Source: Bacteroidia bacterium
Lineage (GTDB): Bacteria; Bacteroidota; Bacteroidia; SpSt-205
Length of the DNA: 64,000 bases
Assembly: GCA_026003235.1 (NCBI GenBank)
Contig: BPGW01000001.1
Span: 216,224-280,223 of the forward strand
Reading direction: 5' to 3'
The notes under the pieces are model-generated. The model saw nothing but the letters and a program-made list of their open reading frames with translations, did no database searches and was not told the DNA's origin. Both the position numbers and the translations under genes were made by a program. Of this stretch, positions 43,569 to 53,691 are shown piece after piece (position 1 is the first letter of the stretch; each line of letters begins with the position of its first letter).

Positions 43569-45554
43569 TTACGGAATCAGGAGGCGCTGGGTCTTTGTCC
43601 AGCCGTCGTATGTCACTGCGACGAGGTAGGTACCTGCGGAGAGGGCCGGTAAGGACAGCTTACCGCTAAGGGCATTCGGGGTGAAAGTGGTCTCATAGAG
43701 GAGCCTTCCTTGTAGGTCTACCAGGCGGACGGTGAGGGGCTTGGCTTCGGGGAGTTCGTAGCGCAGCGTAGCAGCGCCTAGGGCAGGATTGGGGAAAAGG
43801 ACCACATCCCAAGCAGGGGCCGGCCGGGTCGGCGTGCTCGTGGTAGCATTCAAGCGAGCTACCAGGCCAATGGCGTAGTCGTCGCTTTCCAAATCCCTGG
43901 CAGGGGCCCAGATGCCTGCGATACCCTCCAGCGCCCGCCGAGAAATGGGGATGGAGGCATCGCTTACGACGTAGTTACCGATGGTTGAGGCGTTGGCTGG
44001 AGCTAAGGTTTGGAATCCCACAGCCAAGCCGCTTCCTGCATTGAGCGGGATGGGCGTGGTGAGAGGGAGCGTATATCGCCGCAGGATGAAGGTGCCGCCG
44101 CTCTGGCCACTAAAGCTATTCAAGGAGTCGCCATTGCCGAAGTCTACGACGTCAAGCCCGATTGAGTCTCGTCGGCTCCCCACGGCTCCGCTCACAGGGT
44201 CGTAGTCGTAGACCCAGATAGCCAAGTTGTAATTGTTAGCGCCACTCACTTCGTAGAGCATATCTACCGAGATGGCTTCCACGATAAGGTCTTGAGGGGC
44301 TACGAAGGTCATACCGCTGGCAAAGCTTACGCCTCCAAGGCCATCGTTCTGCGGGTCCCAGGTGCCGTCGTCGTACCGGAGAATATACCGTCCCCGGGTA
44401 GGGCCGCTGGCAGCGCTATCGCAGACGACAAGCTCGGCCTGGTATTGGTTATTGCCTGCGTAGCCGTCTCCTCCGCCTATGATATTCACGATATGGGTAG
44501 CGCGGTAGCTACCGGTCTTCAAGGAGGTAGGGGTGGCTGGCGTAGCGGTGTTGAAGGGCTTCGTGTAAGTAGAAACCAAGGCCGCTCCTGAGGCGATGGG
44601 CGGCTGGTGGAAAACCGTGTCTGCGTAGACTAGCGTGGTGGTAGTCCCAGGCCCTTGGATGCGTAAAACGGAACGAACCTGGTTTGAGACCGTCTGATTG
44701 CCTGTGTTTAGGACACCGGCTCTGAGGGTTGGAGGGGGCCCGTTTTTGATAGCGAAAATCGCTTCTCCGCGTTCGGTGAGCGACCAGTCCGCCTGCACAT
44801 CGGTACTTGTACAGGCAAAGGTGCGAGGATGCCATATCTTGATGGCGTAGTTGGAGAAGGGCACTGGCCAGGCCGCTGCGATGTTGAGCCCACTCTGCCC
44901 CGTGATGTTCTCCATCCCCACCACATTGAAGTTACCGTTGCTGTAGCTACTATTGTAGCCCGGTTGGATCTCTTTGTACTGCAGGGTGATGGAGGAATCG
45001 TTCGGGTCCAGAATAAGCTGGAAGGAGTTTCGGTTGCTCCATTGGCCGGATGCGGCGCTATTCCAATAGGGAACGCTATCCCATGTAATCACAAAGCGCC
45101 CTTGCCCGTCGGTGCCGTACCAGAGTTTAGCATTCGGCACAGGGGCTCCGTTGTCGTCTGTAAAGGTCAGGTCGGCCAGGTAAACCGCAATCCACTCATT
45201 CGGAGCGGCCGTGCTGGGGAAGGTATTGAAGTAAGGTGGAGCTCCGGAAGCGACCGTGGTCCCTCGCCCGAAAGTCACATACCCATTGGAACCTACATAG
45301 AGCTTGTCGTAGGAGTTCCAGTAGTACACGAACGAGAAGGGCAGGGAGATCGGTCCGATGTAGTTGTCATCGCCAAGGCCTGTAGCCAATTGGAGGTTGG
45401 TAATCTGCGAGGGATCTACCCAAGCGAAGGTGGGGGTGGAGTCGAGCACATTAGCCAGGTGGGTGTACCATCGGTAGCCGCAGGCGTCGCCGCCTACATC
45501 AGCGGGCTGGGCACTTAGCCAGCCCAGGACTGCGAGAAGGGCTACGTAGCGCAT
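43569..45554 (-). CDS. secreted protein with NIDO-like N-terminal domain and T9SS type A C-terminal sorting domain
   Basis: Signal peptide MRYVALLAVLGWLSAQ. N-terminal FSFVYYWNSYDKLYVGSNGYVTF...WIAVYLADL...VITWDSVPYW. C-terminal VVLFPNPALGAATLRYELPEAKPLTVRLVDLQGRLLY...GTYLVAV. Confidence 0.7.
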   Translation of the reverse strand: MRYVALLAVLGWLSAQPADVGGDACGYRWYTHLANVLDSTPTFAWVDPSQITNLQLATGLGDDNYIGPISLPFSFVYYWNSYDKLYVGSNGYVTFGRGTTVASGAPPYFNTFPSTAAPNEWIAVYLADLTFTDDNGAPVPNAKLWYGTDGQGRFVITWDSVPYWNSAASGQWSNRNSFQLILDPNDSSITLQYKEIQPGYNSSYSNGNFNVVGMENITGQSGLNIAAAWPVPFSNYAIKIWHPRTFACTSTDVQADWSLTERGEAIFAIKNGPPPTLRAGVLNTGNQTVSNQVRSVLRIQGPGTTTTLVYADTVFHQPPIASGAALVSTYTKPFNTATPATPTSLKTGSYRATHIVNIIGGGDGYAGNNQYQAELVVCDSAASGPTRGRYILRYDDGTWDPQNDGLGGVSFASGMTFVAPQDLIVEAISVDMLYEVSGANNYNLAIWVYDYDPVSGAVGSRRDSIGLDVVDFGNGDSLNSFSGQSGGTFILRRYTLPLTTPIPLNAGSGLAVGFQTLAPANASTIGNYVVSDASIPISRRALEGIAGIWAPARDLESDDYAIGLVARLNATTSTPTRPAPAWDVVLFPNPALGAATLRYELPEAKPLTVRLVDLQGRLLYETTFTPNALSGKLSLPALSAGTYLVAVTYDGWTKTQRLLIP

Positions 45555-45558
45555 GGAG

Positions 45559-45566
45559 CAAACTTA
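45559..45566 (-). promoter_or_regulatory. -7 promoter box TAAGTTTG
   Basis: Exact TAnnTTTG on the minus strand, 4 nt upstream of ATG 45554. Confidence 0.45.
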
Positions 45567-45568
45567 CA

Positions 45569-45576
45569 TACTTTTG
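45569..45576 (+). promoter_or_regulatory. -7 promoter box TACTTTTG
   Basis: Exact TAnnTTTG 10 nt upstream of ATG 45587. Back-to-back with the divergent box. Confidence 0.45.
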
Positions 45577-45586
45577 AGAAAAGGGT

Positions 45587-47455
45587 ATGGGGAGTGTGCG
45601 ATACTTGCTGATGGTTGCTTTTTGTTTCCTTCGCTGTCAGCCTATGATGGGACGGCGTGCGCCCGAGTTTCCTTCCGGGCTTTCCTGGCTCAATGTTAGC
45701 CGCCCTTTAGCGGTGCATCGGGACCTGGCTGGGCGGTTTGTGCTGTTGGATTTTTGGACTTACTGCTGCATAAACTGCATGCATGTGCTGCCGGAGCTCA
45801 AGCGCCTGGAGCGCGAGTTCCCTGAATTGGTGGTGGTAGGGGTGCACTCAGCCAAGTTTGCCAACGAGCAGGAGATAGAAAACATCCGCGCAGCGATTCT
45901 GCGCTACGATATTGAGCATCCGGTGCTGGTGGACGAAGGGTACCGGGTTTGGCAGCTTTATGATGCGCACGCTTGGCCGACTTTTGTGTTGATAGGTCCG
46001 AGGGGTGACGTGCTATGGCGCTCTTCGGGGGAGGGCATCTATGAAGCGCTGGCGCCTCGGCTCAGAACCTGGATAGAAACTTACCGCAGCGAGCTGCGGC
46101 TTGAGCCGCTTCCCCTTCGCCTGGAGAAGCAAAGCCGACCTGCGGGGGTGTTAGCCTTCCCTGGAAAACTGGCTGTCGATCCTGTACGTAAGCGCCTTTT
46201 CCTCACCGACTCCAACCACAACCGCATTCTGGTGCTTTCTCCTGCGGGTGAAGTGCTGGAAGTGATAGGGTCGGGGGAAGAGGGGTGGCGCGACGGTGGC
46301 TTCACCGAGGCGGCTTTTTTTCGGCCGCAGGGGTTGGTCTACCATCCTGCCCAGGATGCGTTGTACGTAGCCGACACCGAGAATCACCTCATTCGGCGTG
46401 TGAGGCTCCAGGACCGCCGGGTAGAGACGATAGCCGGTACTGGTCAGCAGGCCCGCCGTCTTGTGCGGGGAGGGCACGGCCCCAATACCCCGCTCAACTC
46501 CCCTTGGGATGTAGCGCTGGCCGGGGATACGCTTTACATCGCTATGGCAGGCTTTCACCAGCTATGGACACTCTCTCTAAAAGACCTCCAAGTGCAGGTC
46601 GTGGCGGGTTCGGGCTACGAAAACCTGGCGGACGGGCCTGCTCTCGTAGCGGCCTTGGCCCAGCCGTCCGGGCTGGTGGTCGCCTCCGATGGGCGGGTGT
46701 ATTTCGTAGATAGCGAGACTTCGTCCGTACGGTACCTTGAGAAGGGCCAAGTTCGTACGCTGGTGGGCCAGGGGCTTTTTGACTTTGGCTATCGGGATGG
46801 AGCTTTTGCGCAGGCGCTCTTTCAGCACCCGATAGGCATCGCTTACCACGAAGGGGCCTTGTATGTGGCCGACACCTACAACCATGCGTTACGCAAGCTG
46901 GACCTGGAAGCAAAACGCGTGGAGACGATCGTAGGCACTGGCCAGCGTGGCTACCAGGACGGGCCCGCGCTCACCGCTCTCCTCAATGAACCCAATGACC
47001 TTGTGTGGCTGGATGGGCAGCTGTATTTCACCGACACCAACAATCACCTTTTGCGGGTTTACGATCCAGCTACGGGAGCGGTGCGCACCTTGGAGCTTTA
47101 CCCGCTTGAGAAGCTTACGATGCGGCGTGCGCGCACCCAGAGTCTTTTTGAGCCGGCTCAGGAGCTTTTGCCTGTAGCGGTGCCGGCAGGGCGGTCTTTT
47201 TCTCTTTCGCTGCGGCTACCTCCCAAATACCTTCTGACCGAAGGGGCCCCCTCGGGGTGGTATTTAGGAGAGGCTTTTTATCCGCTTGGCCAGCCTTTAC
47301 CTGCTCTTCACCAGCCCACCGAGGCACTCCTTTACCTCTATGCCTGCGAAGGCAAGCTTTCCAGCAGCGTGTGTCGCCTTCTACGGTATCGGGTCAAGCT
47401 CCAGCCTGAGCCGGGGGACTCTTCCAGCGAAGTGACGGTGGTTTTACCCGAGTAG
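45587..47455 (+). CDS. thioredoxin-like domain plus NHL-repeat beta-propeller protein (NHLRC2-like)
   Basis: FVLLDFWTYCCINCMHVLPEL thioredoxin-fold CxxC region, followed by repeated ...LYVADTxNHxIR... NHL blades. Confidence 0.8.
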   Translation: MGSVRYLLMVAFCFLRCQPMMGRRAPEFPSGLSWLNVSRPLAVHRDLAGRFVLLDFWTYCCINCMHVLPELKRLEREFPELVVVGVHSAKFANEQEIENIRAAILRYDIEHPVLVDEGYRVWQLYDAHAWPTFVLIGPRGDVLWRSSGEGIYEALAPRLRTWIETYRSELRLEPLPLRLEKQSRPAGVLAFPGKLAVDPVRKRLFLTDSNHNRILVLSPAGEVLEVIGSGEEGWRDGGFTEAAFFRPQGLVYHPAQDALYVADTENHLIRRVRLQDRRVETIAGTGQQARRLVRGGHGPNTPLNSPWDVALAGDTLYIAMAGFHQLWTLSLKDLQVQVVAGSGYENLADGPALVAALAQPSGLVVASDGRVYFVDSETSSVRYLEKGQVRTLVGQGLFDFGYRDGAFAQALFQHPIGIAYHEGALYVADTYNHALRKLDLEAKRVETIVGTGQRGYQDGPALTALLNEPNDLVWLDGQLYFTDTNNHLLRVYDPATGAVRTLELYPLEKLTMRRARTQSLFEPAQELLPVAVPAGRSFSLSLRLPPKYLLTEGAPSGWYLGEAFYPLGQPLPALHQPTEALLYLYACEGKLSSSVCRLLRYRVKLQPEPGDSSSEVTVVLPE

Positions 47456-48391
47456 CCCTCGGACGAAAGCCTCCGCCGAGAAGGGCACCAGATCTTCAGC
47501 GGCCTCCCCCACCCCTACGAAGCGAATCGGCAGGCCGGTTTGCTCCACGAGCGCGAAGGCAATCCCTCCTTTTGCGGTGCCGTCCAGTTTCGTCAGGACG
47601 AGGCCTGTGCAGTGGGTGACCTCTTGGAAGGCCTGGGCTTGGCGGAGGGCGTTTTGGCCGGTGGTGGCGTCTAACACAAGAAGGACTTCGTGGGGGGCGC
47701 CGGGTAAGGCTTTGCCGGCTACTCGGTAGACTTTGCCCAGTTCCTGCATCAGGGGCGTGCGGGTGTGGAGGCGCCCCGCTGTATCAACCAGCACCACGTC
47801 GTGGCCTTCGCGCAGGGCCTTTTGAATGGCTTCATAGGTCACGGCACCGGGGTCAGCCCCCATGCCTTTTTCTACCAGGGGGATCTCCAGGCGCTCACTC
47901 CATCGGGCCAGCTGTTCAACGGCTGCGGCCCGGAAGGTATCAGCTGCGGCCAAAAGCACGTGCTTGCCCTCTTGTTTGAGGCGGTAAGCCAAGCGCGCTA
48001 CGGTGGTGGTCTTGCCTACTCCATTCACACCTACGAAGAGCACCACATAAGGATGCGCTTCTACCGGCGTGAAGGGCCGCTCCAAACGAGCTATAAGCAA
48101 GCTGGCCAGGCGATCGGTAAGCGTTTCGTTCGGAGAGAGGGGGCGCTCTTTTAGGCTCCTTTCCAGCTCAGCCAGGATTTTTTCGGTGGCTTGGGGGCCT
48201 ACATCGGCCGTCAGCAAAAGTTCTTCCAGCTCTTCTCGGGTTTCTGGATCCAGGCTTTGACGGCCGGCAAAAAGGGCTTTGATGCGGCTCCAGAAAGACT
48301 CGCGTGATTTTTGGAGGCCTTTTTCAACGGTGTGGGCGGCCTCTTCTACCTGAGCGTTCTTTTTTCCCCGTAGCCAATCCCACAGGCCCAT
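47444..48391 (-). CDS. ftsY: signal recognition particle receptor FtsY
   Basis: 315 aa. GVNGVGKTTT, DTAGR, TKLDGTAKGG. Confidence 0.93.
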   Translation of the reverse strand: MGLWDWLRGKKNAQVEEAAHTVEKGLQKSRESFWSRIKALFAGRQSLDPETREELEELLLTADVGPQATEKILAELERSLKERPLSPNETLTDRLASLLIARLERPFTPVEAHPYVVLFVGVNGVGKTTTVARLAYRLKQEGKHVLLAAADTFRAAAVEQLARWSERLEIPLVEKGMGADPGAVTYEAIQKALREGHDVVLVDTAGRLHTRTPLMQELGKVYRVAGKALPGAPHEVLLVLDATTGQNALRQAQAFQEVTHCTGLVLTKLDGTAKGGIAFALVEQTGLPIRFVGVGEAAEDLVPFSAEAFVRGLLG

Positions 48392-48392
48392 G

Positions 48393-49145
48393 TCAGCGAG
48401 GGATAGGTTGCCAGTGTTGCAGGTACGAGTAGGCGGTAAGGTCTATCAGCAGGGGACACACGGAGACGAAGCCCTTTTCCAGCGCCCACACGTCGGTGTC
48501 GGGTTCGGTATCCTGGCTCTCAAAGCGTCCCACCAGCCAATAGTAGGGTTGGCCGTAGGGGTCCATGCGTTTCTCAAACTGCTCCACAAAACGGCCTTTG
48601 GCTTGGCGGGTCAGGCGGATCCCCCGAATCTCGGACAGGGGCAGGTTGGGGATATTGACATTGAGGGGCACGTGGGGGGGGAAAGGGTGGCTTAGGTACA
48701 AGAGCAGCACTTCGCGCACGAGAGCGCGAGCCGCTGTAAAGTCCGCCTCCATGCTGTAGTCAAGCAGAGAAAACCCGATGGAGGGGATGCCTTCAAAAGC
48801 TCCCTCTATGGCGGCGGAAAGCGTGCCGGAGTAAAACACGCTAATAGAGAAGTTGGCGCCGTGGTTGATGCCGGAGAGGAGCAGGTCAGGTTTTTCTCCT
48901 AACACGCCTGTGGCCAGCTTCACACAATCTGCGGGGGTGCCGCTGCAGGCCCAAGCGGGCAGCGAACCAAACTCCCGAGAAGGATATAGCCGCAGAGGTA
49001 CGCCAATGCTGATGGCGTGCCCCATTCCACTTTGGGGGCGATCAGGCGCTACGACGACCACCTCACCGAACTCCTGGGCTACTTCCACCAGGGCTTTCAG
49101 ACCCGGTGCCGTGATCCCGTCGTCGTTACACACCAGAATCCGCAT
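48393..49145 (-). CDS. surE: 5'/3'-nucleotidase SurE
   Basis: MRILVCNDDGITAPGLKAL, GINHGAN, YSGTLSAA. Confidence 0.93.
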   Translation of the reverse strand: MRILVCNDDGITAPGLKALVEVAQEFGEVVVVAPDRPQSGMGHAISIGVPLRLYPSREFGSLPAWACSGTPADCVKLATGVLGEKPDLLLSGINHGANFSISVFYSGTLSAAIEGAFEGIPSIGFSLLDYSMEADFTAARALVREVLLLYLSHPFPPHVPLNVNIPNLPLSEIRGIRLTRQAKGRFVEQFEKRMDPYGQPYYWLVGRFESQDTEPDTDVWALEKGFVSVCPLLIDLTAYSYLQHWQPIPR

Positions 49146-49192
49146 CCGGCCCGAAGGTAAGCAAATGCGTGGCTCATGTGTCAGGCCTGGCG

Positions 49193-49200
49193 TATTTTTG
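49193..49200 (+). promoter_or_regulatory. -7 promoter box TATTTTTG upstream of ftsH
   Basis: Exact TAnnTTTG 14 nt upstream of ATG 49215. Confidence 0.4.
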
Positions 49201-49214
49201 TTCCCTTAGCCTGT

Positions 49215-51119
49215 ATGAGCGCTCGTCCCCCCCGTCAGCCAGGTTTCAACCTGTACTGGCTCTACCTACTTCTTTTTGGACTTCTCTTGGTTTCGTTCTT
49301 CTTTATGCCGGAGCGCCGCAGTTCCACGCCTATCACGTACTTGGACTTTGAGCAGTGGGTGGAGCGGCGCCTCGTGCGGAAAGTGGTGCTGATTGCGAAC
49401 CGAGGCGAAGCCGAAGTCTACCTGACCCCCCAAGCCTATGAACTGCAGGACATCCAGCAGCGGGTGCAAAAGGGCTTTTGGGGCTGGCTACCCTTTAGCT
49501 TTCGGGTGGCTTCTGTGGAAAAGCTGGAAGAGTTTCTTCAGCAGCGGCGCATCCCGTATGAAGTGACCGAACGAACCGACTACGTGGGGATCTTGCTGCA
49601 ATATGTGGTGCCTATCGTGCTGATCATTGGGGTGTGGGTGTTTTTGCTGGGGCGGATAGGCGCGCGAGGGGGGGGCAACGCTGGCCCCGGTAATATCTTC
49701 AGCATCGGTCGCAGCCGGGCCGCCGTCTTTGATGCAGAAAATCGTGTCTCCGTCACATTTGAAGATGTGGCCGGACTTGAGGAGGCCAAGCAAGAGGTAC
49801 GAGAAGTCGTAGATTTTCTAAAAAACCCCCAGAAGTTCACGCGGTTGGGGGGCAAGATTCCGAAGGGTGTTTTGCTGGTAGGGCCGCCAGGCACCGGTAA
49901 GACGCTCTTAGCCAAAGCTGTGGCAGGGGAGGCGGGCGTTCCGTTTTTCAGCATCAGCGGCTCTGACTTTGTGGAGATGTTTGTGGGGGTGGGGGCAGCC
50001 CGGGTACGCGACCTTTTCCGTCAAGCCAAAGAAAAGGCCCCTTGCATCATCTTCATAGACGAGATAGATGCGGTGGGGCGCAGCCGCAGCCGCCATAATG
50101 TGCCCATCTCCAACGACGAGCGTGAAAACACCCTCAACCAGCTTTTGGTGGAGATGGACGGCTTCAACACGGACGAAGGGATCATCATCATGGCCGCCAC
50201 CAACCGACCGGATATCTTAGATCCGGCGCTGTTGCGGCCAGGGCGGTTTGACCGGGTCATTTACATAGACCGCCCGGATATCAAAGAAAGGGAAGCTATT
50301 TTCCGGGTGCATTTGCGTTCGCTCATTTTGGCGCCGGATGTGGATGTGCACAAGCTGGCCTTGCAGACGCCGGGCTTTGTGGGGGCTGACATCGCCAATG
50401 TGTGCAATGAAGCGGCTTTGATTGCTGCCCGCAAGGACCGGCCTGCTATCACCATGGCCGACTTCCAGGAAGCCATAGATAAGGTCATAGGGGGTTTGGA
50501 GCGCCGCAGCCGGGTCATTTCCCCGGAAGAGAAGCGCATTGTCGCCTATCACGAAGCAGGTCATGCGGTGGCTGGCTGGTTCCTTGAGCACGCTGACCCT
50601 CTTCTGAAGGTCTCCATCATACCCCGGGGGTACGCTGCGCTGGGTTATGCCCAGTACCTGCCCCGAGAGCAGTACTTATACACCCAGTCCCAGCTCATGG
50701 ACATGATGGCGATGACGCTTGCGGGCCGCGCTTCCGAAGAGCTTACTTTTGGCCAGGTCTCCACCGGCGCCCAGAACGACCTGGAGCGGGTTACCCAGGT
50801 CGCTTACGCTATGGTCACGCAGTACGGAATGTCCTCGCTGGGGCACTTCGCGTATAAACCCAGCGAGGAGACTTTCTGGCAAAGGCCTTATTCTGAAGAG
50901 ACCGCCCGCCAGATTGACGCGGAGGTGCAGCGTCTCATCAAGACGGCCTACGAGCGGGCTCTTTCGGTCCTGCGAGAACATTACGATCAGCTGCGCAGCC
51001 TGGCCGAGCGCCTCCTGGAAAAGGAAGTCCTCTACCAGGAGGAGATAGAGACGATCCTTGGGCCTCGTCCTCATAGCCAGGGGTCTGTGGAACGCGTGGG
51101 AGCGGCTTCCCCTTCATGA
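49215..51119 (+). CDS. ftsH: ATP-dependent zinc metalloprotease FtsH
   Basis: [29 protein letters not shown], zinc site HEAGHAV. Start ATG 49215 ([21 protein letters not shown]). Confidence 0.94.
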   Translation: MSARPPRQPGFNLYWLYLLLFGLLLVSFFFMPERRSSTPITYLDFEQWVERRLVRKVVLIANRGEAEVYLTPQAYELQDIQQRVQKGFWGWLPFSFRVASVEKLEEFLQQRRIPYEVTERTDYVGILLQYVVPIVLIIGVWVFLLGRIGARGGGNAGPGNIFSIGRSRAAVFDAENRVSVTFEDVAGLEEAKQEVREVVDFLKNPQKFTRLGGKIPKGVLLVGPPGTGKTLLAKAVAGEAGVPFFSISGSDFVEMFVGVGAARVRDLFRQAKEKAPCIIFIDEIDAVGRSRSRHNVPISNDERENTLNQLLVEMDGFNTDEGIIIMAATNRPDILDPALLRPGRFDRVIYIDRPDIKEREAIFRVHLRSLILAPDVDVHKLALQTPGFVGADIANVCNEAALIAARKDRPAITMADFQEAIDKVIGGLERRSRVISPEEKRIVAYHEAGHAVAGWFLEHADPLLKVSIIPRGYAALGYAQYLPREQYLYTQSQLMDMMAMTLAGRASEELTFGQVSTGAQNDLERVTQVAYAMVTQYGMSSLGHFAYKPSEETFWQRPYSEETARQIDAEVQRLIKTAYERALSVLREHYDQLRSLAERLLEKEVLYQEEIETILGPRPHSQGSVERVGAASPS

Positions 51120-51952
51120 GCAGGACCTTTGCGCCTCTTTTTCCCTCCTCTTGCGCCCCTGATAAGGCGGTCTTCATAGCGAGCGACCTTCATGCGGGGG
51201 CCCCTTCCCGGGCTGAAAGCCTCGCCCGGGAAAAACGATTCGTGCGATGGCTGGAAGGTTGCGCCCCCCAGGCTGCGGCGTTTTATCTCTTGGGGGACCT
51301 GTGGGACTTTTGGTTTGAGTACAGGCGTGCTGTGCCCCGGGGGTACGTTCGGCTGCTGGGCGCGCTGGCTGCGCTTACGGACGAGGGCCTGCCGGTTTTT
51401 TTCCAGCCTGGCAACCACGACCTGTGGCTACATGGCTACCTGACCGAAGAAGTCGGCCTTCAGCTTCTGCCCGATCCGCTGTGGGCTCAGTGGCAGGGGC
51501 TGACTTTTTTCTTATCCCATGGCCATCGGTGGGGGCCCCTTCCCTGGTGGGATCGGCTCACTTATGCGCTCATGGAAAACCGCCTCTTAGGGCAGCTGTA
51601 CCGGCTTCTGCATCCGGATCTGGGGCTGTGGCTGGGACGCTTCTTTTCGGGGCGTAGCCGTCAAGCCCATGCTCCCCTGGACGAGATAGACCTGGGCCCC
51701 CGCGAATACCTTCGCCAGTTTGTTCAGCAGGCCCAAAAAGCCCCTGACCCGGCCCACTGGTACATTTTTGGGCATCGGCACCTGGCGCTGGTGGAAACCA
51801 TTGGGCGTTCTCGCTTGGTGCTCTTGGGAGACTGGATCCAGCGCTACACCTTCTTTCGGATAGATAGAGAAGGGTGGGGCCTGTACCAGTACCACGAAAG
51901 CCACACCGAACCGCTCTATGTGGGCTCCTGGAGTCCTGCTGCGGTGGGCTAA
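51116..51952 (+). CDS. lpxH: UDP-2,3-diacylglucosamine diphosphatase LpxH-like
   Basis: [33 protein letters not shown] calcineurin-like motifs. ATGA overlap with ftsH. Confidence 0.8.
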   Translation: MSRTFAPLFPSSCAPDKAVFIASDLHAGAPSRAESLAREKRFVRWLEGCAPQAAAFYLLGDLWDFWFEYRRAVPRGYVRLLGALAALTDEGLPVFFQPGNHDLWLHGYLTEEVGLQLLPDPLWAQWQGLTFFLSHGHRWGPLPWWDRLTYALMENRLLGQLYRLLHPDLGLWLGRFFSGRSRQAHAPLDEIDLGPREYLRQFVQQAQKAPDPAHWYIFGHRHLALVETIGRSRLVLLGDWIQRYTFFRIDREGWGLYQYHESHTEPLYVGSWSPAAVG

Positions 51953-52736
51953 AGGTATAGGGCTGGGGCTGGCGTGGGCCCAGCAGGAAATCACCCTGCC
52001 TGTCGCAGGCGACTTGCTGGCCGTGGACCCCCTCCACCATCTGTATGTCTGGTCGGCGGCCGAAAGGTCCTTGTACAAAGTGTGGGCCCCTCGGTACGAC
52101 TCGCTTACGCGCATTGGCGGCGCACCCGGCGAAGAAGGCTTCCTCGGCGTGTCAGCCCTGGCGCCCGTGGGAAACCAACAGCTCTATGTGCTGGATGCTG
52201 AGGGGCAGCAAATTCTGCTTCTGGGCACAAACCTACAACCCTTGCAGCGGCTGCTTTACTCACAGCTGCCCCCCGAAGTGGTGGAAGGATACCCTGCCCT
52301 GTTGACGGCAGGGCCCGCAGGCGAGCTGTACCTGCTTGTGCGCCAGACGCAGGAAATCGTCAAAATAGACTTTTTTGGGCGGGTGCTGGTGCGCTTTGGC
52401 GGCAAAACCTACGGACCCGGACGCATCGTTGCCGCAGGGGCCCTCACGGGAGCTGGCGAACTCATAGGGGTAGTGGATACCACGCTCCGGCAGGTTCTGC
52501 GCTATGATCGGTGGGGCACCTTTCTGGATGCCCTTCCGTATCCTTCTTGGGCCGAAGGGGCAGCCGTAGGCGAGAGAGGGCTGTTTTTCTGGAGTGGACA
52601 AAGGGGGCTTTGGCAGCCCTGGCAGGGGGAAGCTTCTCCGATCACTTTGCCGACGAGCCCCCAGGTGGTCGTCCTGCAGGAGTCTCGCCTGTACTGGCTG
52701 GCAGGGCGTCGGCTGGGATGGCTTCCGCTGCCTTGA
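51918..52736 (+). CDS. hypothetical secreted protein (repeat/beta-propeller-like)
   Basis: 272 aa, signal-like [23 protein letters not shown], repeated ...LYVLD / LYLLV blade-like strands. No motif I can name. Confidence 0.5.
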   Translation: MWAPGVLLRWAKGIGLGLAWAQQEITLPVAGDLLAVDPLHHLYVWSAAERSLYKVWAPRYDSLTRIGGAPGEEGFLGVSALAPVGNQQLYVLDAEGQQILLLGTNLQPLQRLLYSQLPPEVVEGYPALLTAGPAGELYLLVRQTQEIVKIDFFGRVLVRFGGKTYGPGRIVAAGALTGAGELIGVVDTTLRQVLRYDRWGTFLDALPYPSWAEGAAVGERGLFFWSGQRGLWQPWQGEASPITLPTSPQVVVLQESRLYWLAGRRLGWLPLP

Positions 52737-53691
52737 GTCGCAGGAGATACGGTTCAAATACGCTTCCTACATACACGTAGGGGCCGATAGGAACCGCCTG
52801 GCTGGCTGTGCTGTACTTCTTGGGCGCCGCATACAACAGGCGAGTTTGGGGAGGCCCCTGTTCCGGAAACCGCACCTCTACAATAAACCAGCTGCTGTGC
52901 GAGCCCCCTAAGGCCAGGCTGCGGGCCCATCCCCCCAGCCGACGATGACAAACCACCCATACGGTGGAATCCGTTATGCGTGTGAGGTTGTCGGGGTGTC
53001 CAGGCAAACGAACCTTCCCGACCCAGGCCAGGGTAGGCCCCTGCGGAGCATAAAGCCAAAGGGCCTTCCGAAAAGCGACCGATACCAGGAGTTGGCCTCG
53101 CCCAGGCAGATAGCATAACCCACTGGCGTAGGGGATGCGATCGGCGGCCAAGTGGCACGAATCGCCTTCGCAGTAAAACAAGCTGCTGCGCACCCGACGC
53201 ACCAAAAAGCCCGCTACCAGGTGCCAGCGCCGTCGGCCTTTCCTGTCGTTGGCCACATAGAAGCGCAGCGAATCCAGGGGCTCAATGGCTTGGAGAGAGA
53301 CGAAGCCCGGGTGGCGCCACACGCGAGGGCTATGAAGACGAAGGCCATCCCAGGTGTAGCGCCATATTTCGGTAGGCTGCTTGTGAGGGCCGTGAAGGAA
53401 CCACAGGTGGGGGGGCCTATACGCCAGCCCAAAAGGATGCCATCGCCCCGCCGGCGTCACCTCATTCAAAAAGGGGTTCTCCTCTACGGCCCGGAGATAA
53501 TAGAGATGGCCTTCGGCCACACTATCCAGCAACGACGCTCGCCGATCGTACGAAAACACCCAGGCGTACAAACCATCGGGCGCGATCGTTTCGCACCCGG
53601 GCAGGGTTAGGAGGGTATCCCAGCTTTGGCTTTTTAGGGGTAATAAGCTTTGGAAGCTTGCCAGTAAGAGTCCAGCTCCTCGAGCGAGCAT
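52642..53691 (-). CDS. hypothetical protein, possibly arylesterase/SMP-30-like beta-propeller
   Basis: 349 aa. Pattern ...HPFGLAY...FYVANDR...ASGLCYLP...PGHPDNL... resembles paraoxonase/SMP-30 folds. The C-terminal 30 aa is low-complexity and antisense to the neighbouring gene. Confidence 0.45.
   Translation of the reverse strand: MLARGAGLLLASFQSLLPLKSQSWDTLLTLPGCETIAPDGLYAWVFSYDRRASLLDSVAEGHLYYLRAVEENPFLNEVTPAGRWHPFGLAYRPPHLWFLHGPHKQPTEIWRYTWDGLRLHSPRVWRHPGFVSLQAIEPLDSLRFYVANDRKGRRRWHLVAGFLVRRVRSSLFYCEGDSCHLAADRIPYASGLCYLPGRGQLLVSVAFRKALWLYAPQGPTLAWVGKVRLPGHPDNLTRITDSTVWVVCHRRLGGWARSLALGGSHSSWFIVEVRFPEQGPPQTRLLYAAPKKYSTASQAVPIGPYVYVGSVFEPYLLRLKAAEAIPADALPASTGETPAGRPPGGSSAK

Noticed and set aside
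48674-48681. G8 run (C8 on the coding strand) within surE as a possible slippage site or frameshift.
   Set aside because: surE reads through intact (…PFPPHVPLNV…) with its full conserved length.
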